From NCBI RefSeq assembly GCF_021869535.1, contig NW_026262690.1, forward strand, positions 29,698,001-29,762,000: 64,000 nucleotides of DNA, written 5' to 3'. A model generated the notes under the pieces. That model worked only from the letters and a program-made list of their open reading frames with translations. It was not told the DNA's origin and did not search any database. Positions 45,811-59,088 of this stretch are shown here, one piece after another. Numbering within the stretch: position 1 is the first letter of the stretch; each line of letters opens with the position of its first letter. This DNA comes from Mytilus californianus. Lineage: Eukaryota. The position numbers and the translations under genes were made by a program.

Positions 45811-47479
45811 ATTGGAATTAGTAACGAGAAATAATATTTCATGTCAACATTATAGTTTGAATTAAAATATGACATTAAAACTGCTCATGCTTTACATTTT
45901 TAATCCATTTCAAAATTGGTTAACTTTACCTTTCCTGTACCCCCTTTAGCCCATGCTCCTTTTTATCGTTCAAGTGCCTAACTGGAAAAACCTTTGTATA
46001 TAGTAAACAGACTGTTACTCCACCTACTCATTGAATTTAGGTGTCAATCTTAATTACATAGTCTGAGCAAACAACCAAACAAAGTTTGCAAGCAAGGCAT
46101 TTAAACTCTTGATTTGCATGCTATATTATTTCAACTCTAATTTAAATACCCAGGTAAATTTAGATTAACATGACCTGTCTCAAGAAAATTTGCACTTTAA
46201 TGAATTCGGATGTAGCATTAAGAATAAACCCTCACATCATAACAAAATTTGTTAAAATATTTTGTTATATATGTATAGATTGACATGATTCATTTTACAT
46301 CATAATCATACTGATGAAGGATATCTGTTATCTGAAATATTTATAAATACTTACATTTATTGTTTCCTTTTTTTAATATTGGTGTTGTTTTGTACACTTT
46401 TAAGGCGTTTATAGAATTTATTAATTGTGTACATGTATCGTTACTCGTATCGATCCAGCGCCGTCGTAAGAAAGATCATTGACTTATATCTAGATGTTTT
46501 ATATATATATATATATTAACAAGTCTAAATGGATATATATTGTCTGGAAATTTTTCCTATTTTTTTTTAAATTTTCATTTGAGTGAACGTGTTTGTGACA
46601 GTGAATATTTAAAATGATTGAAATCACCAGCGGACTGGTAAAAAAAATAATCTGGCTATATGAAATAAACAAAAATGTGAATGATTATGTGAAAAATAAA
46701 TTTCTAACATTGCACCATCGCCATCAATATGCTTGATATGAAAGACATTTAATTTATATTAAGTACATTATAAATAAGACCTTAAAAAAATTGGAAATAC
46801 ATGGCACCAAATTACTACTTTTACTAATAAACTCCATGTGTTTGTGATGAAGTGAATGACTTTCTTGTCCTATTTTAAAATATGTAAACATTTTAAATAA
46901 TGTGACGAAAGTTTATGTGGAAATTATTTTTTGGCGAGATTTAAATTTGCTTTATTTATGAGCCTATCCTATATAATAAGATTAAGAACATACGTAAATC
47001 TATGATAATATTAAAAAATTTACGCTAAAGATAATTCAAACATTTTTATGGATTTATACATGATGTGATGTATTGTTGGATCCAAAATAAAAGGGTATGG
47101 GGTTGTTCTGATGGCAAGAGCCCACATACTTTTCATGGGATTTTTTTAAATCACATGATACAAGTTGAAGAAAATTAGGTTGGAGCCAGCCCTTTTCCAG
47201 ATGTACCCTAAATCTGGAACATATCATTTGTTAGTAACCCATTTTTCATTGAATATTTTTAATCCTAGAAATTGTCTATAATTTAAGCATTATTAACAGT
47301 AGCTATTGCTTTTCTTTTCAGTTTTATTTTTGTTTGGCGGGAAGAGGAAAAGGGTATTGGAAAAGCCCTATAACTTTCTTGTGATGAATGCCATTGCAAA
47401 ACGTGTGCCTTTTTGATTTTAGCCCTTGGGAAGCTTGCTTTTAATGCATTTTTAGATTATTTGATAAGATGCACTTCAT

Positions 47480-50400
47480 TTATTTATCTTTTGCCAAATA
47501 TGGTCTAATTTTCATTTCCACTGAACGTAATGAATAATTGGATCCTGTCCACGGCTTCCATGTTATACCATCAAACATTTTTGGTGGGATTTGTCCATTT
47601 CTATAATAGAGACCATTCAAATTTGACATATAACATTTGTAATACCACCATGCTCCACTAAATCGGTTGGCACAACTACCCCCAAATTCTTTCACTACTT
47701 TGTCATTGTCCACATCCTTGGTAGAGAATTTATGACCATTATGTTTGGCCATTCCATCCCCAGCATCTCCAGTATACCCACTTATTGTCAGTTTATATCC
47801 TTCTTGTTCGTCATCAACCCTGAATACATCATACTCAGCAAACTTTTTTGTTTTCTCCCAATTTGTTAGTTCTATCCTTAGTTTGTAATTGTCCTGGTTT
47901 GTGAGGTAGTGAATATAGTCATTGCCTAACCAGTGCTCTCCATACAATCCTTAAAAATTTCAAACTATATTAAAATACAATCCTATGAAATTACTATACT
48001 CTGCAGTAATTAAAGATACAAGTACTTGAATAGCCCATATTTTAAAGAACAAGAAGGTGATTTTCTTAGGGGATAATTTCTTATTCATTTCATAAAAAGG
48101 TGTGTATGTAATCTTTATTGTTATGTTCCTTTTTGAAAGGACACATATTTTTATTTATTTTGTGTTCGAATATACAAGTTATTCTTAAAAAAATGTACCT
48201 GCTTTCCATCACTTATCAAAACCTGATTGTATATGTATGTCAATTTTTTTCAAAAAATAATAGACTTAGTAGAATATCTGAACAATGTCAATTGTAAAAG
48301 TCTCCCCTTTAAACAATTTATCATATTTATATAATGTATCCCATAGAACAAAACAATGTATATAAGACATAACACTGTAGCACCAACAGTTTGTATTCTG
48401 TGACATATATATATTAGGAAACATTTTTTTTATTAATTTATTTTGAACGCCACCCTAGTTTCTGTAGATACCATGTGATACACAAAGTCTAGCAGAGACA
48501 ATTTGTGTGACACAAAAGATCTGTATAATTTTATATTTAGTTAAGAGTTTGTAATGTACATGCTATTCATTTGACTTATAAAAATAAAAGAAAGTAAATG
48601 AATGCTTATTTATATAAGAAGAATAAGCTGGGTAAGGGCGTATTTAGAAAAATTATTGTTTGACTTAATTAATGATTATCTCTCTGTTGGGCCTAACCAA
48701 TAAAGGGCTTTACCAAACTAACTCTTACCCTTAACCTAACCATATATCTAACTAGTAAACCTAACATTAACCTTAAACAAACCCTAACCTAACAATAACC
48801 ATAAATGAACCCTATCCCTAACGTACTGGGACCAGTAAAGTAAAAGAAGGTTCATAATAGAATGATTATTAAGAATATTTATTTTTCCAATCAAGGACCA
48901 TTGATGAGCAACTTGACTGATATAACAGACGAGTATGATTAAATAACACTTTAAACACAATGCAACTATTAACACTTCATTAATGACATAGTTTGGAATA
49001 ATCCTACCTCCAAAACCATTTTTGTATTCTGCCCACTCCCTGAAGAATTTAGTAGTACCATCAGATCGTTTCTGTATCAATGTCCAGCCTCCGTCTTTCA
49101 TGTCACAATATACCTGCATTTGTTTACCAAGACCATAGGGTTTTATTTTGTAAATTGAATTTCGTTTGTATCCTTGCACATAATAGTCATAACAATCTGT
49201 AATAAAAATAATTACAAGAATCAGCAACCTTTATACGTTTGATAGAGGAGAAAGTACATTCATGGTCTCGTCCTCGTCCTAGTCATATGAACAACATGTT
49301 TACAGTGACAGGATAGGGTTTTATAAATCTGGACCTAATGCCTACTTTTGTTTCTAGCTCAAACCTACAAAAAAAATTAATTTGAAAGTTATGCAATACT
49401 TTTAAGTTGACCTGTGACTATTATCTAGTATACCAGAGTTGACTGAAGATTTTAGCAAAGGGATAGATTGCACGGTTTGATAAATCGATCTTTCATCTTC
49501 TAAATAAGTTATTTATATGTTTATATAAGTATAGGTATTCCTATCAGAATTACCCCGAGTAAAATAACATTGACGGTACAAATTTTACTGCACCAGACTG
49601 GGGTATGATAATGAATTATATAGAATTGTGGTCACTTGGACTTCCATGCTTGTAGAGGGCGACCTTTTGGCTATGCAATATGTGTAAGGGACGACAAATC
49701 CAATGCGAATGCCACGTTTCCTGCTCGTAAAAGAACCACTACAACTCTTTGTGTGTCCCTTGGTGGCCTGTTACAAGGCAATATTCATGTACCTTTTCAA
49801 AACACCCTCATTTTACAGTGGCAGTTCAGATTTCCCACGCTTAATCCCAGACCACACACTTTGCAGAACAGATGTATTTGATTTATTGTAAAGTAGTTCT
49901 TGTTTTGAATATGCAGGACATGTTTGTTTGGTATTAGATATTAAGCAAACAATAATCCGTCAATCCTTTACTCGATCTTCATCTAACTTGGTAGATGTAG
50001 AATGTGTAATTATCTACTTCTTCTTTTCAGCGTCATGTTAAAAAGCAGAAATTAAAAAAAGCATTTACTAACAAACATACCTTTAGGTTCTGTTTGACCA
50101 TTTTTCAGGTATCGTAGTTTAATTTCTTTCAAGGTATCTTCTTTATGATTCTTGTGTTGCTTTGTTGTCTCTTTCACTTCTTTCTTCTGTTGTTTTGATG
50201 CATCTAGAACTTTATCATCATGTTTCTTCTCTTGATTCGTAATTTTTGAGTCACTTGTAGAGGATAATTTTTGTGACTTTATGTTGTCATCTTTTTTGTG
50301 TTTGGTACTTTGTTGCTTGTCGGATGATTTTTTTTTAAGAGGTACATTTGACTTAGAAGTTTTAACTGTTGGTTTATCTTCTACTACTTCCTTCTGTGTC

Positions 50401-53400
50401 GTTTTGTTATCTGGTATTTTATCTTGCTTTAGTACAACGTTTTCTTGTTGCGATGATTTCACTGGTTTTTCATTTGGTATTGGTTCTTTGAAAGCCTCTT
50501 TCTTGCTTTTCTGTTCTGAAGACTCTTTGTTGTGTCCTGTAGTTGTTTGTACTTTTATTGATTTGGAATTGTTTCCCTTCTGATCATTTGGAGGTAATCC
50601 TTCTGAAGTACTAGCCTTTTGATTTTTACTATCCTGCGGTTGGTTAACGGTAAGGGTATCTTTCGGTACAGATTTTTTAACTTTATTATCTTCGTTTGTA
50701 GTAGATTTACTATTTGTCAGTAAAGATTCTTGTGCTTGGCCGATATCTGGCTTTAAAGTATTTTCATGAGGATTTGTATCTGTTTGCATATTAGGATCCC
50801 TGACTTCTGAGTTTTTGTCCCCTATGCTGCTGTCTTGTGGCTTAGGAGAATTTATACTGTCCGATTGAACACCCTGTTGTGATGTTTTGATTTCTGTTGA
50901 TTCTCCATTGCCTATTTGGGTTTTTGTATCTGTAGTTTTGATTTTCGTAGATTCGTCTGCAGTTGGTTTGAGGGGTTTTGTTTCTACGTTTTCTTCAATA
51001 GCTTTTTTATCCACGTCAGATGTCTGAGGTTTGTTGTCAGTACTTTGTTTAGAGATCTCTACTATTTTGTTTTCGCTTCCTTGTACAAAGGCATGTGACT
51101 TAGTGTCGTCATTTTTTATGTTCTTATCTGCCTTTTCCACGTTTCTATCTTTTGGGTCTTCGGCTGAAGGATTTGCTTTTACTTTATTGAATATCTGTTC
51201 CTTCAATTCCTCCAGGTCTTGTTTTACTGTTTTTCTTCTGTCATATCCATACTCCATTTGTGGTCTTGTTGTATCTTTCGTTTGCCTTTCCTCGCACACA
51301 GACCAGTACAGTGGAACAAATGGTACACAAGTTGAAAGTCTAATTGATTTGTATATACAGACCATTCGGTGTTTTCCACACCAATTATATGTAATGTCGG
51401 CCAGCTTTTTGGTTTTATTTATGTAGTCTTTCAGTTTTTCGTCTGCCTCGTCTTCATTGCCAAACTTTCCTGTTTCCTGTGTATTGATGTTGCTCTTTCT
51501 ATCGTCTGTCATATCTATCTTTTTGTCTGATACAATTGCATCAATTTTTTCTAACAACTTATTTGACACCTCCGAAAAATGATTGTTTTCTTTTTTATCA
51601 GATAATTTTGACATTGCCAGTTTCTCCTTCAGACTTTGTGCCTCTATCCTATGTTGCATATTTTGATCGGATAACTCTTGTACTCGCGACATTATTTGGG
51701 TCATCAGTGACGTCTGATTCATGACCATCTGGAACAGCATCCGGTTCTGATCTTCCAAATAATCGTATCTCGTTTTCATGTGTTGAATTGCTTTTGACTG
51801 ATTCTTGAGTAATTCTGCCAGTTGTGTTATTTTGCTTTGTTGCTGTGTTATTATTTCATAACTTTTCGATGTCTGGTCTGCTATTTCTTTTGCTTTAGAA
51901 TCGTTTTTTGGCACGTGATCCAACTGTAGATATTTTTGCTTCTGTCTATTCATTTTTTCATTTTCTATTTTCAAATCATAATGGCTGTTGTTAAGTCTTA
52001 GCAATTCATTCTCTAGTTTTAGTATGCTATTTTCTAACCGAGTTATAGATGTGGAATGGTTTTGCTTATCTAATTTTTCCATCAATAGTTGGTTTTGAAG
52101 TTTTATTACTAGGATTTCTAAATTTTGGATCTGAGAGGAATATTCAAGTGTTTTAGTTTTAAAAAATTCTTTCATATGTTCAAAGTTTGCGTCTTGCATG
52201 TTATTTACTATTTCTTCTTTTGAATGTTCTTTGTCATTGGTATGGCCGTCAGGCTCGACACTTATCTGCTGTAGATTATTATCTGAAACAGGTTCGTTTT
52301 CCCTGTTCACGATATATTTTTCGTCATTTGTATTTTCGTTGCTGGGAACCAGATGTGATGGTATAATATCTTTCTTTATAGAATATGTGTGCTTTTTTGA
52401 CATGCGTAAATGTGTATCAGGAGTCCTGATATTTTCACTTTGTTTCTTATTGTCATTTTGTGAATTAACAGTGTCTATTTTGTCATGAGTGTTGTCGTTC
52501 TGGCCAAGCTCCTTATTAGGTGCTGATGATTCGTGTTTTGAAACATCCTTATCGCTAAATTCGTCAGGCATGTCAGTATTAACATTTGAGGCACGGTCTG
52601 AGTTCTTGTAATCAGATACAAAGCCATGACAATCCCTACATTTTTCAGTTGTACTTTCATTATTTGTATGGATTGACGGCAAATATCGCGAAAGAAATAT
52701 ATCAGTGACGCTTGATGTGTCTGTGTTACATACTCCAAAGTTTTGTAGATTTTTTTCTTTTTCTGCATCGGAGTAATCAGATTCTGAAACAAAGTCATTA
52801 ACGTTTTGAAGGTGTTCTGTGTTCGCTACATTATCTGTTGGCTTGATTTTGTTTGTTTCAGATGATGCGTCATTGTGTTGTTCAGTAGTTATTGTTTGAT
52901 CAAAATCTGCAGTGTTCATCATTTTATCGGTTTCTTTTTCCATGTGTTTTTCAGTTCCTTTTGCTATTTCATGCATTTCTGTTTGCAAATGCTCAGCAGT
53001 TTGGACTGTTTTATCAGCTTGCATCTCTTGATGTTTTTCTTTTTCCTGTGTTAAATCACTAAACTCTGCTTTATCCTGTAAAGCATGTGTTTGACTATCT
53101 CCATTTTCACCGTTTTGTTGCGTTTTGATGGACATAGTTTGCTCAATATTTAAGATACCTGTTTTTGCTGCATTATCTTTTTCGCTTGCATCTTCTGCTT
53201 GAAAAAGATCGGCAATAATTGAGTCAATATAATCAGATTGAAATTCGTTTTGTTCCATTGCCTGTGGTCGTGCTCCGTTCTGTTCCGTTGTTTGAGATTC
53301 GTCGTTTCTTTCCGTTGTCTGGGTTTTGCTGTTTTGCTCCATCATTTGTGGTTGATCTTCACTCTGTCCTGTTGTCTTTTTTTGTGTTACGTTTTGGCCC

Positions 53401-55789
53401 GTTGTCTGTGTTTGACCCTCGTTTTGTTCTGTTATATGTTGTTGTTTTTCTCCTTGTTCTGTTATCTGTTGTTGTTCTTCTCCATGTTTTGTTATCTGTT
53501 GTTCTCTCCGTTGTTCTGTTGTCTGTTTTTGATCTTCGCTTTGGTTTGTAGTCTGTTCTTCGATTTGTTCTGTTGTCTGTTGATTTTCTACGCTATGTTT
53601 TGTTGTCCGTTGTTCTTCTTCGTTATGTTCGCTTTGTTCTGTTGTCTTTTGTTGTTCTTCATTTTGTTCTTTCTGTGTGTTTGCCCCGTTTTGCTCTGAT
53701 GTCTGTGGTTGTTCTTTATTTTGTCCCATTCTCTGTTGTTGTTCTTCGTTATGTTCTGTTGTCTGTAACTGTGCTCTGTTATATTCTGCAGCCCGATTTT
53801 CTTCGTTTTGTTTTGTTGTCTTTGGTTGGTCACTGTTTTGTTCATTTTCTTCTATTTCTTGAAATTGTTCTCCGTTGTGTTCCGTTGTCACTTCCTGTTT
53901 TACGTTTTGTTCTTTTGATTGTTCCACATTACTCATTTCTTCGGCATTTTTCGAATCTCTATCTTCGCTCACATTGTTTGTTTCACCATGGGAATTTGAC
54001 TGGAGATGGGAACTATGTGTGACTTCATCTGGTAAACTATTTGTTTCATCCATTTCTTGATTTTCCTCGGCATTGTTGTGTTCTATTGGGTCAGTTTCAT
54101 CATGCTCTATATCTTCCTCAAGAATGTCGGTTTCATCTATTTCCATTTCGTTTACTGCTTCACCATTATCACCTTCGTTTCCTTTTGACTTTTTTTTCAA
54201 AATATCTTCAAACTGTTCCAATAAGGTACAGTCTATTTGTCTTTTAGTCGGATCATTTCTACTTTTTAATAATATATCTTCAATTTTGTACTGCACTGAT
54301 TCTTGAGACCCAGATAATGGTCCGTCAAACAGTCCTTCTGCTGCAGATTTTAAATACCACTGGCGAGCATCACATAATGCAATGTCCAAATCACCTCTGA
54401 AAATAAAGAAGTATTTTATCAGCTTGAAATAGGTTCTTTAACGAAAGCATACATGAAAAGGGAACGAGTACTGGTGCAGTTTGAAAAGGGGTAAGCCCTA
54501 TTCCATGTTCACATATTTTTAAATAACCTTTAAAAACTTTAATGTATATGTTAGTTATGAAAGGATAGCCAGCCAACAGTAAAGGGTGTGAACTGAAAAC
54601 ACAAACATTTGGACACTGCAAAAGATTTACAGTGGTAGTATTAGTCTAAGGAGACATAACGTCTATAACACAAGATCCCGTACATTGTCGTAACCACAGT
54701 CCCGTCCTCTTTTCCTCGAATATGACCTACCAAACTAGAATTATCTCCGGATTTGTACTAAATAAGCAACACGACGAGTGCCACAAATGAAATAGGATCT
54801 GCTTACCCTTCCGGAGTACACGAGACCACTACGGTTTTTGGTGGGGTTCATGCTGCCAGTCAGTCTTTAGTGTTCTATGTTGTGTTTTGTATAATGTTGT
54901 TTGTCTTTTGGTCGTTTTTTTGCCATGGCGCTGTCAGTTTGTTTTCGACTTATGAGTTTGAATGTCCCTTTGGTATCTTTTGCCTCTCTTTTGAGCTTTA
55001 TGTATTTTATCATCTGTAGTTCCAATATTTATTCTTCGGTGTTTTTATCAGAGGCGGACACCACCCCACCCTTTAATGGAGCTACATATATGGTTAATGC
55101 ATATATTTTTTAAAAGTCCCACTCTTAACGTTGTCTTGTCGATAGCCCTTTCAAACATACTCGTGTACCTGTACAATGCCAGTCATTTCTTATTTAAATG
55201 GTTAAGTATTCCTTTATTATATATTATAATTAACAGCGAAAAAATACAATTATTTTTTTTTATAAATGCACTTGAATCCACGTTTATTACAACGCTCTAA
55301 ACGGAACAAAAACACCTTGAATAATCAAATATGTCAATACCAGTAAAAAAATTTAAGTAAATCTGCTTTATTGTATCTTCGTTTGGAAGGTAAGAGCGAA
55401 TATTTCACCCTCCAAAAGGATAATTTGGAACTATCGCACACACAATTCTTTTCAATCCAACAGACAGTGTCGGAAGTCGTGAAAGATTGACGTATTTTAA
55501 CATGAGTATCAAATGCAATTTTAAAAGATTATCATGGTGTGGTATGTGTCCGTCCGATATTGTGATAAAGACAAAGTTTTCAAGTCAATACTTTTATCAC
55601 CTAAAAGCGAGTTAAAGACAAATATAAACATATATGTTTATATTTGAAGAATTGAATATATTTGACAAAAAGAACGATATGGGTCAATGATAATGAGATA
55701 ACAATAAAACGTAAACAATAAACGCAGGCTACTTACCCCTGAACAAGACTGTAAAGTGTGAATACAAGAAAAACCAAATTCGTATCCAT
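47480..55789 (-). CDS. Large secreted fibrinogen-related-domain (FReD) protein with low-complexity and coiled-coil N-terminal region (angiopoietin-like architecture), ~1675 aa
   Basis: Exons: 55789-55737 (signal peptide MDTNLVFLVFTLYSLVQG, donor GG|gtaagt), 54396-50081 (4316 nt), 49196-49008 (DCYDY...VYCDMKDGGWTLIQKRSDG...WAEYKNGFG), 47949-47480 (GEHWLGND...FSTKDVDND...GAWWYYKCYMSNLNG...VEMKIRP, TAA). Phases 2/1/1 are consistent. Confidence 0.88.
53250..53900 (-). repeat. Degenerate ~10-aa (30-nt) Q/E/T-rich coding repeats in the FReD protein
   Basis: Units such as TTEQNEEQQQ, ITEQGEKQQH and TTGQSEDQPQ, about 20 copies. Confidence 0.8.
54650..54990 (+). mobile_element. Abundant dispersed repeat (probable retroelement 3' UTR) in FReD intron 1
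   Basis: gcaacacgacgagtgccac...ggatctgcttacccttccggag...tttggtggggttc...gccatggcgctgtcagttt, a motif string I recognise as a common mytilid repeat (not searched). Confidence 0.55.
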
Positions 55790-58497
55790 ATTGCTTCTAT
55801 CTTATGCGATGAAATAAAAGTAACTTGGACAAGAAAAAGAAATTTGATTGCAACGTGGCTTCCGCGTTTTGTATACGTTTAAATTGTCATATCATTTGTT
55901 TACTCGTGTTGTAAGTAAATGGTGTTTGTTAAATTCCGATCAATCAATAGAGTTGAATGCAACAGCTGGCGAAATATCTTTGATTATTTGTATGAATCGT
56001 AGGTGCGCAGTTAATCAATATGAAACGTACGTATCTGATTAAATTTGGTTGGTGTCTTAATTGAAATATATATACCAGAAAAAAATGATATAATTATGTA
56101 GACTTTTGAATATATGACAATTTTCCAGTTTCTCTTCAAAATTTTTACAGATGCCATCCACCCATGCTTGGCCGTTACGGAATATCTGTGTTCCTAATGT
56201 CATAGCCACAGTGTCTAATTCCTTTACTCGTTTATAACTTCTAACAAAATGCAACTTAAGGGGATGCCTATTTGATATTCTTGGTGAAAAAAGGGGGGTT
56301 ATTGGAATAGAAATAAATATGGCCGGGTAATAACTGAAAATGAATAACTTTGCCCCAGACAGTACAATAATCTGTCCAACAAAATGCAGTACAATACAGA
56401 GAATAATTATCTGCATACACCGTACTAGCAATAAGTGAAAAATCCGCAAATGGTCAGTGACTCTTTATTGGAGTTATCGGCTTTCAGTGTCGATTTCCAC
56501 ATATGTATGCGGGATTTTTTCCCGAAAAGCATAACTGTTAATAGTAAGAAATCATTTACAGCAAACATTATCCTACAAATAAGTTAACATGACCGAAATC
56601 GTAAGTTGTTACGTTATAATCATCTTCGCTAACCAAGAGTTGCGATCTGAAGAGGAGGGGACTTGATCGAAACCATTGGCTAGCAAAGATGCGTTATAAT
56701 AGATGTTGCCCTGAAAGGAGGAGTATGACAAATTTCAGTGCTAACATAACATCTTGAAATCTATAATAGATCGACTGAACCTTTGAACGACAAAAATGAT
56801 CAGCAACACAAGATCTACAAATAAGTCAACATGTTTGACTCGTTACATGAGCTGATGCCCCTAAATCACAACTTTAACCAATTTTTTTAAAATCCTCCAC
56901 TATTATGGATAGACAGAAATTCTGTTCAGCGAAATGAATACGTATAAGACCCGATTTTGACCCGAATAGTTTCAATTCAGCACAAATGTTCTTGTTGAAT
57001 TATACCATTATTATACAAAGCTGCCAGGTGAGCAACATAGGATCTATTTTTTTCAGTATGAATAATTCAATCTTCTGCAAAGCGTCCACAAAGCACCGAA
57101 AAGAAAAAAATAAGCGCGAAGTCGTGGCTGCAATGTGCATCGAAATCTTGTTTCGACGTTTTTAGATATTACACATACACATTAATTATTTATACAGCAA
57201 ATTAAAAAGAATTCGGTGACCCACTGAATTTTATATCAATAAAACGGAAATACATATCCTTTTTTAAACAAAATTCGTAGGACAGTATTTTGAGAAAAGA
57301 CCAATTAATGTCCACTATTCAATATTTTTAGTGATATTTATACTATACATTTGTTCTTCTATTTGCTTGCAGGATTTAATTTGATATATCTTTTTACTTA
57401 TACTAAGTTTTTTCTCGATATTCATATGAGTTTCCATATTCTCTTATTGCTGCCAAAACTCATAAAAATCCATGAGATCGATTTTGTACGTACCTAAATC
57501 CCAAACGTCAAGGAAGGCACAGACACGCCAAAATAGTTTAAAGATTACAAACCATAAAATGGCAGGGACCTAAGGAATATTACTGTTAAAAAAAAGACAA
57601 AATAGCGATCGGTAACGATAAAACATTGATGAACTTTTCAGCATACTGGTTTCCCTTAGATATAGAAATGTGCCAATCCTAAAAATTATACTTTTCCTTC
57701 GTTGATGGTGTTGGTGGCCTGGTTAACAAAATATGTAAAGATTTTAAGTCCATGCACACGTTTTTTCTAAATAAATATACCTATTATACACCAGAGACAT
57801 ATATACATATATGTGTATATATGTCTCTGTATACACTTCACAGTTGAATATCATGCAGTACAAAAGTCCTCACCCAAAAATGATATGCCAATGACTGTTT
57901 TTTTTGTTTTTTTTTATTTATTTCAAACTAGATGGTGTTTATGAAGAGGTATTACAACATCCACACGTTTCAGGTTCTATCGAAATGAGTCTCCATGTGC
58001 CATTTCAATTCTTTATCAATGACTTGATTTTCTTGCAATCAAAACTAAAGATTTGCTGATGAAAAAGCTCTTGACTATTGATATTAAGTATGTTTTTATA
58101 ATATCATTCATGTTTCTTATTTATAAGCAATATATTAGGCCACGTAACTCTGTCACGCTTAAAAGACTGAGATTCTTTAGATGCATTATGTAATGTGTGA
58201 GATTCTTTAGATGCATTATGTAATGTGTGCTAATGAAGAAGTCTCATATCCTGTTGTATTATTATCTCAATATTTAAACCAAATGATGACTGAGGTATAG
58301 AATGATGGTCACTTGACTTCTCCCATGCAACAGTAAGACCAATGCTAAAGAACCATTTGTTCGATTGGCTATGCGAGGTGTATAAATACGCACTACGTCC
58401 AGCCAAATTGGTGACGTTAAATCCGAAAATCAATCCCCACCTTCCTTTTGTGGTATTGAACCTTATGGTAAAATTTCATAGAGATCCATTCACTTAA

Positions 58498-59088
58498 GGT
58501 AGATCATAAGTATATACTTTTTGAGATAGAATTTTCTTATACTTTGTCAAAAAGAAGATTTTACTATGCTTTTTTCAAAAATATAATAAAAAGTATGGGT
58601 CACCGTGCTATTTTCCAAGCTATGAGTCGTTGAAAATTGCCTAAATTTGGTTAGATTGTTCATGAAAAAACACATTTGTGTGCATAAAAAAAATTCTATG
58701 AGATAGAATTTTGAAATAAATTGTAAGAAGATAGGTTTTATAATATGTTTTAAAAAAATTAAAAGAAAAATGGTGTCACCGAAATTGTTTTCTTGCTACA
58801 AGTAAAAATAAAAAAATTCCCTATCAGTCCAGTATATATTTTTTACTCAAAGAGTTATCTCCCCTTAAATGGCTTATTTGAAAAAAAATGATTCTAAAAA
58901 CACAAAATTTGATATTTGTTTAAATATTTTGAATAATACAATAAATCACCAAGTTTTCTTTATATAAATAAACAATCTAACCATTAAATTGCAAATCTGT
59001 ATCCAAATTTGCAGATTTGGGCAAATAACTAGACCAATTTTGTACTGAGATTGTACAATCCAAGATGGCGGTATACCATGAATCTACC
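58498..59088. mobile_element. Probable TTAA-targeting (Kolobok/piggyBac-like) non-autonomous element inserted in a HINE fragment (58420-58497)
   Basis: The HINE fragment stops at cacTTAA. Element ends are ggtagatcat and atgaatctacc. The right-hand TSD is not preserved. Confidence 0.45.

Noticed and set aside
47902-47910. let-7 seed match in the FReD coding exon
   Set aside because: Isolated single site, kept only as evidence that such matches arise by chance.
50281-54306. Multiple plus-strand Leu/Val/Phe/Cys-rich ORFs
   Set aside because: Antisense shadows of the purine-rich low-complexity FReD exon, with no independent signals.
56057-56449. 130-aa minus-strand ORF with a hydrophobic N-terminus, tempting as the FReD signal-peptide exon
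   Set aside because: I found no convincing phase-compatible donor, whereas 55789-55737 gives a signal peptide, a consensus GTAAGT donor and the right phase. It may be 5' UTR, a uORF or chance.
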